DNA from: Candidatus Brocadiia bacterium
GTDB lineage: Bacteria > Planctomycetota > Brocadiia > SM23-32
Reading direction: 5' to 3'
Length of the DNA stretch: 10,225 nucleotides
Assembly (NCBI GenBank): GCA_046538485.1
Contig: JBKHIT010000105.1
Location: 1 to 10,225 of the forward strand
A program made the position numbers and the translations under genes. Below are positions 1 through 6,345 of this stretch, piece by piece (position 1 is the first letter of the stretch; each line of letters begins with the position of its first letter). Below the pieces are notes generated by a model. That model was not told the DNA's origin. It did not search any database and saw only the letters and a list, made by a program, of their open reading frames with translations.

Positions 1-43
1 ACAGCGACAGGGACTTAACAGCATCCTTTGGTGTCGGTGGGCG

Positions 44-904
44 TCAATAAAGGAGATCGTGCAGGTCGGAACCTATGTAGGTGCGGTAGTAGTAAGTGTG
101 GTGGTAGTAATGGGTGTCCCCCATTAGACTGGTCCAATGCACGGAACCGTCTACGATTACGGCGTTGCCACCTTCTGCAACGGCAACCGAACCAGCCATT
201 TTCCCGTCCGAGCGGCAATGATTGCTGGTTCTATGCTTCCTACCACTACCATACCAATATCTATGCCTGGTTATGTAACTCCGATCTATAAACAATATCT
301 TGCCCGGCCAGTTTGAAGGCATGACCCTGTGTGGTATGTGCACTTTTCCGTAGGGACATCCCCAGGGACTTCGGACGGGAACGCGATGGCTGTCTGCGCC
401 GTAACGGGTGTTCGGATGGTTGACCACACCTGCGTAAGCTGTGTAATCGGTCATAGCCCAGTACCCGGTGGGATAAGTCCAGCCCTGCGCGAAGTTGCCA
501 TCTGGATCCATAGCGGAGGGACAGAAGAACGATTCTTTCATTACGTAATTCATCATCTCGCGTTGCATGCTATTTTCCCATCCAATCATGCTCCCCGAAT
601 CTGTGCGCCACATTGTCGTCGTATACCAATGATGAGCATCAAATGGCGTATTGCCCGGGTACTTACCCTTGTAATCGTTGGCGTAGAACTGAAAACCCAG
701 AAACAGATTGTGCAGTCCCTGCCTGCATGTAGTGCGACGAGCGGCTTCCCGGGCTCTCTCAAGCGCCGGCATGAGCATTGCCGCCAGGATCGCAATAATG
801 GCAATAACCACCAGCAGTTCAATCAGCGTGAAAGCACGGGCCTGCAGGCGAGGTGCCCCATTTTCAACCGTTTTTCCCAGAAACCTACAATCGATACAGC
901 TCAT
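44..904 (-). CDS. Prepilin-type N-terminal cleavage/methylation domain protein, DUF1559-like (PVC-type), ~286 aa
   Basis: Contains [38 protein letters not shown] (type IV pilin-like N-terminus plus the DUF1559 helix), FFCPS, and C-terminal NH...[11 protein letters not shown] (H-X9-DG-like motif). The start at 904 is preferred over 937 because GGAGGAGG (916-909) lies just upstream. Confidence 0.9.
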   Translation of the reverse strand: MSCIDCRFLGKTVENGAPRLQARAFTLIELLVVIAIIAILAAMLMPALERAREAARRTTCRQGLHNLFLGFQFYANDYKGKYPGNTPFDAHHWYTTTMWRTDSGSMIGWENSMQREMMNYVMKESFFCPSAMDPDGNFAQGWTYPTGYWAMTDYTAYAGVVNHPNTRYGADSHRVPVRSPWGCPYGKVHIPHRVMPSNWPGKILFIDRSYITRHRYWYGSGRKHRTSNHCRSDGKMAGSVAVAEGGNAVIVDGSVHWTSLMGDTHYYHHTYYYRTYIGSDLHDLLY

Positions 905-1024
905 AACGCCTCCTCCCCCCCAGATTTTGTCGACCATATCGTTTGCGAATGCGCCTTCTTGTCCGACACTGCAATCAATTAGAGCGACTAAATACTAATT
1001 TTCGTCCAAATAACCCTATTTTAT

Positions 1025-1053
1025 AGTATCTGCTGTGAACGCGGGTTTGTCAA
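1025..1053 (-). promoter_or_regulatory. Sigma70-type promoter for the DUF1559-like gene
   Basis: The minus strand reads TTGACA (1053-1048), a 17-nt spacer, then GATACT (1030-1025), followed by AT-rich sequence. Confidence 0.7.
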
Positions 1054-1280
1054 GGGGGTTAGATAATATCGCGCCGCGGAGGGGGGAAATTCAGCTCGCG
1101 GCCGAAGTCCAGCCTGTGTCGGTCTGATGTCAGGGGCGGTGTCCGAAGCCCCGAGTCCCTTTTGTCCCTTATGTCTCTTCCCGGTGCAGCTCCTGACAAT
1201 GCGTGTAGACCGCTACCGGCGGGCGAAAATGGACTTGAGTCGGAACGGTAGAAAACACAGAGAGAAAGTTAAGAAACCCC

Positions 1281-1305
1281 TGTAGCACAGGCTCTCCAGC
1301 CTGTG
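1281..1305 (+). repeat. GTAG-type REP-like hairpin
   Basis: T-GTAG-CACAGGCT-CTCC-AGCCTGTG: a GTAG tetranucleotide directly before a perfect 8-bp stem with a 4-nt loop, the standard REP architecture. Confidence 0.75.
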
Positions 1306-1375
1306 GACCGCGGCGCGAGCCCCGGATTGCCGCATCGCGTTCTGGATTCCCGCCCGCTCCAGAGAATAACAAAAG

Positions 1376-1422
1376 AAAAGCGGTGCTTCGTTCGGCGTTG
1401 CCGAACTGCGAACCGCACTCCA
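1376..1422. repeat. REP-like palindrome (AAAGCGGTG...CCGCACTCCA type)
   Basis: Outer stem GCGGT/ACCGC (1380-1384/1412-1416) and inner perfect stem GTTCGGC/GCCGAAC (1390-1396/1400-1406). It resembles GGAGTGCGG...CCGCTTT intergenic repeats I recall from PVC genomes (recalled, not searched). Confidence 0.6.
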
Positions 1423-1424
1423 GA

Positions 1425-1444
1425 GCCGGCGCCGGAGCGCCGGC
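1425..1444. repeat. GC-rich perfect hairpin
   Basis: GCCGGCGC-CGGA-GCGCCGGC, an 8-bp stem. Confidence 0.6.
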
Positions 1445-1727
1445 AAGGTGGCTGTCACCCCCGCTGATATTTATCACTCTGTCCGAATATGGTTCAAAAA
1501 CGGTTGTCGACGCAAAACGGATAACAACATCTCTGGCCGAGGAGGGCCCGGACCAGCGAGCGGACTGGACTTCGGCCGGAGGCTGGAGTTCAGAACGCGG
1601 TGCGGAAGCCTGCGGGCCCCGCAGCACAAACGACCAGCATCCGCAGAGAGGCATAGCGCAAATTCCTCCCAGTAGTTTGCAGCGCCCAGGCAGCCCTGAT
1701 ACCATATTGCCTGCCACATCGGGCGAA

Positions 1728-1752
1728 CGGCTTTCCAGCCGGGTTTTCTTTT
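1728..1752 (+). terminator. Possible intrinsic terminator or attenuator upstream of glyQ
   Basis: CGGCT-TTCC-AGCCG hairpin followed by GGTTTTCTTTT. The stem is short and could instead be a degenerate REP. Confidence 0.3.
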
Positions 1753-1784
1753 CAATGTAATCCGTTTTGCCATCGGAGAGACGT

Positions 1785-2651
1785 GTGAATTTTCAGGAAC
1801 TCATCCTTAAACTCCAAACATACTGGACTGACCGCGGCTGTGTTCTGGAACAGCCCTATGACATCGAAGTGGGAGCGGGGACTTTCAATCCGGCGACGTT
1901 TCTCCGCGCGCTGGGCCCCGAGCCATGGCGGGTGGCGTACGTCGAACCGAGTCGGCGTCCCGCCGATGCTCGGTATGGGGAAAATCCCAACCGGCTCGGT
2001 GAGTTCTATCAGTTCCAGGTCATTCTCAAACCGGCTCCTGAAGATTCCCAGGACATCTACCTGGAAAGCCTCGAAGCCCTCGGAATTGACCTTGTCGAGC
2101 ACGACGTGCGTTTCGTCGAGGACGACTGGGAATCGCCTACGCTCGGTGCGACGGGACTCGGCTGGGAGGTATGGCTCGACGGGATGGAGGTCACGCAGTT
2201 TACGTATTTCCAGCGGGTCGGCGGGATCGATCTCGATCCGGTCTGCGTGGAGCTGACTTACGGTCTTGAGCGGATTTCTATGTTCATCCAGAAAAAAGAG
2301 AATGTGTTCGATCTGGAGTGGGCCCCGGGTATAACCTACGGGCAATTGAGACGGGATGCGGAAGTCCAATTTTCCCGATACCATTTCGAAGCCGCTGGCA
2401 TCCAGGCCCATCATGATTGGTTCGAGACCTGCGAGGAAGAATGTCTGCGGTGCCTGGATCAAAATGCAGTGCTGCCCGCGTGCGATTATGTGCTGAAGTG
2501 TTCTCACATTTTTAATGTTCTGGATGCGCGTGGAGCGATCAGTGTGGCCGAAAGAACCAAATACATCAGCCGCGTGCGCAAATTGGCCCGGCGTGTGGCG
2601 GAAGGTTACAGTGAAATGCGCGAACAGGCGGGCCACCCTTTACGACCATGA
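1785..2651 (+). CDS. glyQ: Glycine--tRNA ligase alpha subunit (class II aaRS), 288 aa
   Basis: Hallmark motifs [76 protein letters not shown] and [19 protein letters not shown] start at 1785 (M-N-F-Q) with RBS GGAGA at 1775-1779. Confidence 0.97.
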   Translation: MNFQELILKLQTYWTDRGCVLEQPYDIEVGAGTFNPATFLRALGPEPWRVAYVEPSRRPADARYGENPNRLGEFYQFQVILKPAPEDSQDIYLESLEALGIDLVEHDVRFVEDDWESPTLGATGLGWEVWLDGMEVTQFTYFQRVGGIDLDPVCVELTYGLERISMFIQKKENVFDLEWAPGITYGQLRRDAEVQFSRYHFEAAGIQAHHDWFETCEEECLRCLDQNAVLPACDYVLKCSHIFNVLDARGAISVAERTKYISRVRKLARRVAEGYSEMREQAGHPLRP

Positions 2652-2695
2652 AAAATTATGGACAAAGTTAAAAACAGTATGAAAGAAGGATTTTG

Positions 2696-3772
2696 ATGGA
2701 ATACAGACAGTTGGGTGAAACGGGCCTGAGAGTTTCAAAATTGTGTCTCGGCACCATGAGAGGTTTTGTGTCGGAAAATTATGAGAACGCAAAAGAAATC
2801 GTGCACGAAGCGATCGATGGAGGGGTCAATTTCGTCGATACCGCGGACTGTTACGGAGAATCAGAGGAGGTTGTCGGCCGTGTCCTCGCTGAAGAGAATC
2901 TGCGTGACGAGGTCGTTCTGACGACCAAATTCGGGTGGTATATGGGCGAGGGAGCCAACGATTACGGGGCCAGCCGCAAGCATATTATTGAGGCGTGCGA
3001 GGCAAGTCTCAGACGTCTGCAGACGGATTATATCGACCTCTATTTGCTGCATGTCGTTGACCTGAATACACCCCTGGAGGAATTGCTCGGTGCATTTGAT
3101 ATGCTGGTCAAGCAGGGCAAGGTCCGCTACGTTGGGACTTCCAAACACCCTGCGGCATTGTTAGCGGAGGCCGTAACGATCAGCAAATACCGCGGACTTG
3201 TCCGGTTTGCCAACGAGCAGAGCGTATACAACATTCTCGATCGAACTCTGGAGAACGATCTGACCTGGACGGCCATCCGGCACGGGATTGGTATCACGGT
3301 GTTTAGCCCTCTTGCGGGAGGCATCCTTTCCGGGAAATACCGTCCCGGCAAAGGAGCCCCCGAGGGCAGTCGCCTGGCCGGTAAGGAGCCGGGTTCGGAC
3401 GACCGTTTTACCGAAGAGGCTGTCAAAGCCGTCGAAAAACTGCGTCCACTCGCTGCCGCTCGTTCTGTAAGTGTTCCTCAGTTCAGTCTTGCGTGGGTCA
3501 TGCAGCAACCGGGCATTACGGCTCCTATTCTCGGCGCGCGGAAGCTCAAATATATCCAGGAGGGCATTGAGGCGTGCGAAATCGAGCTCACCCAGGAAGA
3601 ACTGGACGCTGTCGACGAGATCGTGCCTCCCGGGGGACAAGTGAGTAATATGTACGCCCGCAATGTCTATTCACCGATGCGTCAGAATTTCCGCAAAGAG
3701 GCCCGGAATTGCGGTGCCTACATTCCAAACCAACCACCCACACCGGGTTTCAAAGGACCGGAATCCGGCTGA
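2696..3772 (+). CDS. Aldo/keto reductase (Tas/YajO-like clade), 358 aa
   Basis: MEYRQLGETGLRVSKLCLGTM, DTADCYG (catalytic D and Y), TTKF (K), SLRRLQTDYIDLYLLH (H), FSPLAGGILSGKY. RBS AAGGA at 2686-2690 favours the ATG at 2696. Confidence 0.95.
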   Translation: MEYRQLGETGLRVSKLCLGTMRGFVSENYENAKEIVHEAIDGGVNFVDTADCYGESEEVVGRVLAEENLRDEVVLTTKFGWYMGEGANDYGASRKHIIEACEASLRRLQTDYIDLYLLHVVDLNTPLEELLGAFDMLVKQGKVRYVGTSKHPAALLAEAVTISKYRGLVRFANEQSVYNILDRTLENDLTWTAIRHGIGITVFSPLAGGILSGKYRPGKGAPEGSRLAGKEPGSDDRFTEEAVKAVEKLRPLAAARSVSVPQFSLAWVMQQPGITAPILGARKLKYIQEGIEACEIELTQEELDAVDEIVPPGGQVSNMYARNVYSPMRQNFRKEARNCGAYIPNQPPTPGFKGPESG

Positions 3773-3862
3773 TGAACGAGCCAAACTGATTTTCTCAGGA
3801 ATATTTTCAGGCCGTTTTTCCCGCCGTACGGTTCATGACAGTTCATTTCATGGGTAGAAGAG

Positions 3863-3952
3863 CGAGATTGCCGCGTCGCTCAAACGGCGGGGGCCTCGCA
3901 ATGACGTCTTAATAGCATTTTCTGTCATTGCAAGCACAGCGAAGCAATCTCG
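3863..3952. repeat. Inverted pair of GTCATTGC...GCAATCTC REP-like repeats
   Basis: CGAGATTGC (3863-3871) pairs with GCAATCTCG (3944-3952), and GCAATGAC (3898-3905) pairs with GTCATTGC (3924-3931). It matches the widespread GTCATTGCGAG...GAAGCAATCTC intergenic repeat style. Confidence 0.75.
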
Positions 3953-4010
3953 TCGTTGCATCACAATCGACAAAACCAATTTTCAGACAGCAATATGATT
4001 CTGGAATCAC

Positions 4011-6305
4011 ATGTCGCCTGAACTCCAAGTGCAACCGTCGGTCACCGAACTGAAACTCTCAGTTTCCGGGCGGTGCCTCAAGCTGACCGGGCGGATCAAT
4101 CCGGGCATTTACCGAATCGATATGACAAGCCGCGAGGGGCTCCCAACGGACAGGCTTTTTCTATCGATTGAGAAATTACGGCAGATGGAGAACGAACCAT
4201 TGCAAAATCTGCCATCGGCCTCGGAAACAACAGGGCCCTGGGATCAGGCATGCGAGCAGATGGTTGTACCGTGGATGGCGGTGCGGCTCGATGGGGAATT
4301 TCTCGGGCGCACGTGGGCCGATCTGCCGGGGCTTGATGATTTGCCCGCGGGGCGATACCGTTTTTCCACCGGTGTCGAGATTGAGCATGGCGGCAACCAC
4401 GAAATCGCGTTTTGCTTTCCCGAAACGGAATCGGAAATAAAGTTGAAAGACATCGTCGATGTCTGCTTTGGCCCGGACGAGAGATCTCCCGGCCCGGATA
4501 TGGGGGAAATGGTGAACAGGCGAGAGGGACATCCGCAAATTCTCCTGACGCCGGAGCGTCTTTCCGAACTGCAATCGCTGTCCGAGGGGAACCACAAGAA
4601 GGTCATCGACGCTATTTGTGGTGCCGATCCTCTGCCCGCCACTGAACAGACAGGCCAAAGAGGTTTTTTTAAGCAGATCGAGACTGCGGCACTGGCTGCT
4701 GTTATCAAAGGGGATGAGAAGCGAGCGGCCGCCGCCTATCGGGGAGCGGAACTTCTTATGGATCTGCCGTACTGGGGCCACTGTCCCAATCCTCACGAGA
4801 TGGGGCACGAAAACGATATGAGCATCGGCCTGAACCTTTACGCCCTGGTAATAACCTACGACTGGCTTCACGGTTTGCTGGAAACCGACCGGTTAAGTCG
4901 GTTGCGGGAGACGATTTTCGAGAAGGCGCGAAAGTTGTACTTGTTCAGTGTTCTGCAGCGCGACTACTGGCCGGTCGGATTTGCGCAGAATCACATGCAC
5001 GCGGCCAGTCTCGGTCTGGGCGTTGCCGGCCTGCTTTTCATGAGAGAAGACCCGGAAGCGAAGAAATGGGCGGATTGGGTAAGAAGCCTTTATCAAAAGG
5101 TTTACGAACGATATGCCTCAGATGGCTCGACCCCGCCTCTGACAGATCGTTACGGGATGCAGTTTATCGTCCGTTACACGGAAGCTTTGAGGTTGGCCAC
5201 CGGGATTGATCTGTTCGATCATCCGCAGTTTCGGTGTTTTCCTGCTTACGTGATGGCGACGTCGGGCGGGCAAAAAGGGCCGTCTTTTAATACCGCCCTG
5301 CACGCTTTGCTATCCGGCGAAGCATCTGTCGGGGGAGCATACCTTCGCCACCAGATAGACCGGCGGGTGGAACGGTCATCTCCGGAGAAACTTGCGAGAA
5401 ACGCAATGCTCGCGCTCTGGTATACGGGTGGACGGCGAGAGACGAACCATGGTTTCCCGGCGTGTCAATATTTTCCCGACGGAGGGATTGTGACGATGCG
5501 TTCCGGCTGGTTCGATGGGGGACCGTGGTTCAGACTGCATTGCGGGCCGCCGGGCGGGCACAGCGTTTTTCACAAAATGACTCGTTACGACTGCGCGCAC
5601 TATGAGCCGGACGCGGGCTCGTTTGTGCTTCACCATGGCGGACAACCTGTGGTTGTTACCCCGGGGGGAACGTACAAAAAGCTGACCAAACACCACAATA
5701 CTTTGACCATTAACGGTCACGGTCAGTTTTCAGATGGGAGGGTTTGGTCGACTTTGCCCCCGGACGGTGGTTATGGCGAGATTCAGGATTTTATGGATGT
5801 GCCTTCGTACTGCCGGGTGAGCTGTAACCTTGCGCCGGCTTATCCGGAAACTACGGGCCTCAAAATCTTGCAGCGCGACGTGCTTTTTATCAAGCCTCAT
5901 TTGTTTGTATTTGTCGATAGGTCTGTTACCGATTCCACGGCGTCGACCGAATGGTGGATTCATCATCCGGCTGAAATGGAGCAGGTTGGCGAACAAACAT
6001 TTCGGCTTCCCGCCAGCGATCCGTCGTATTTATTGAGAATTTTCGCGCCTGAGGAATGGAGTGCCGAACAGGGCAAAACGCTGGTGGTGCGTTCTTATAC
6101 CAACCGCTCGGATGTTCCTGCCGAACTGTGCGTCAAAAAGCCTCCCGGGACGGGGTCGCCCCTTTTCCTTATGACTCTCGGTCCAGAAGGAATGGTCGAT
6201 CGAGCGGCATTCGGCGGGGAGGAACTCCATTTGAAATTGACTGAAGCTGACGCCGAATGCAAGGGCGTTCAAGTTGGGGGGATTGCGGTGAGCTGGGGGC
6301 TTTGA
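4011..6305 (+). CDS. Heparinase II/III-like polysaccharide lyase-fold protein (DUF4962-like helical domain plus C-terminal beta-sandwich), 764 aa
   Basis: HPQILLTPERL, LVITYDWL, QNH, DGS...Y, YFPDGGIVTMRSGW, H...DAGSFVL, HNTLTING and RDVLFIKP. No N-terminal signal peptide is visible. The RBS is weak, so the start is uncertain. Confidence 0.85.
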   Translation: MSPELQVQPSVTELKLSVSGRCLKLTGRINPGIYRIDMTSREGLPTDRLFLSIEKLRQMENEPLQNLPSASETTGPWDQACEQMVVPWMAVRLDGEFLGRTWADLPGLDDLPAGRYRFSTGVEIEHGGNHEIAFCFPETESEIKLKDIVDVCFGPDERSPGPDMGEMVNRREGHPQILLTPERLSELQSLSEGNHKKVIDAICGADPLPATEQTGQRGFFKQIETAALAAVIKGDEKRAAAAYRGAELLMDLPYWGHCPNPHEMGHENDMSIGLNLYALVITYDWLHGLLETDRLSRLRETIFEKARKLYLFSVLQRDYWPVGFAQNHMHAASLGLGVAGLLFMREDPEAKKWADWVRSLYQKVYERYASDGSTPPLTDRYGMQFIVRYTEALRLATGIDLFDHPQFRCFPAYVMATSGGQKGPSFNTALHALLSGEASVGGAYLRHQIDRRVERSSPEKLARNAMLALWYTGGRRETNHGFPACQYFPDGGIVTMRSGWFDGGPWFRLHCGPPGGHSVFHKMTRYDCAHYEPDAGSFVLHHGGQPVVVTPGGTYKKLTKHHNTLTINGHGQFSDGRVWSTLPPDGGYGEIQDFMDVPSYCRVSCNLAPAYPETTGLKILQRDVLFIKPHLFVFVDRSVTDSTASTEWWIHHPAEMEQVGEQTFRLPASDPSYLLRIFAPEEWSAEQGKTLVVRSYTNRSDVPAELCVKKPPGTGSPLFLMTLGPEGMVDRAAFGGEELHLKLTEADAECKGVQVGGIAVSWGL

Positions 6306-6345
6306 AAGTTTCGTGTTCTTGCTTTGGCCTGGAAGGTCTTCAACC

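Larger units (their letters stand above)
1087..1590. repeat. Long-range inverted repeat pair bounding a non-coding element
   Basis: CGGCCGAAGTCCAG (1099-1112) is the exact reverse complement of CTGGACTTCGGCCG (1565-1578). Imperfect complementarity extends over ~1087-1126 and ~1549-1590. Confidence 0.75.

Noticed and set aside
329..982. 217-aa + strand ORF opposite the DUF1559-like gene
   Set aside because: In-register shadow of a well-supported gene, with no motifs.
1075..1462. tmRNA-like appearance on the - strand (GGGGGTGAC start, CCCCTCCG about 390 nt later)
   Set aside because: There is no GGTTCRA T-loop or CCA end, the acceptor pairing is imperfect, and no tag ORF was identified.
1169..1773. 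ORFs 1169-1717(-), 1213-1458(-), 1383-1760(+), 1448-1675(+) and 1474-1773(-)
   Set aside because: They run through palindromic repeats, have Arg/Pro/Ala/Ser-rich low-information translations, and show no domain or transposase motifs.
1445..1784. T-box or glycine riboswitch upstream of glyQ
   Set aside because: Neither the GGGTGGNACCGCG T-box motif nor the GGAGA...CCGAAG...CTCTCAGG glycine aptamer consensus is present.
1752..2636. 294-aa antisense ORF in codon register with glyQ (superficially Rodin-Ohno-like)
   Set aside because: In-register antisense ORFs are a common by-product of GC-rich codon usage. It has no class I HIGH/KMSKS motifs or other recognisable domain.
3956..4000. Possible lyase promoter (TCGACA ... 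CAATAT/TATGAT)
   Set aside because: The good -10 box is 21 bp from the -35, and the box at 18 bp is poor, so it cannot be supported.
6306..6345. Terminator expected between the convergent lyase and enolase genes
   Set aside because: Only a weak 5-bp stem with no U-tract is present.
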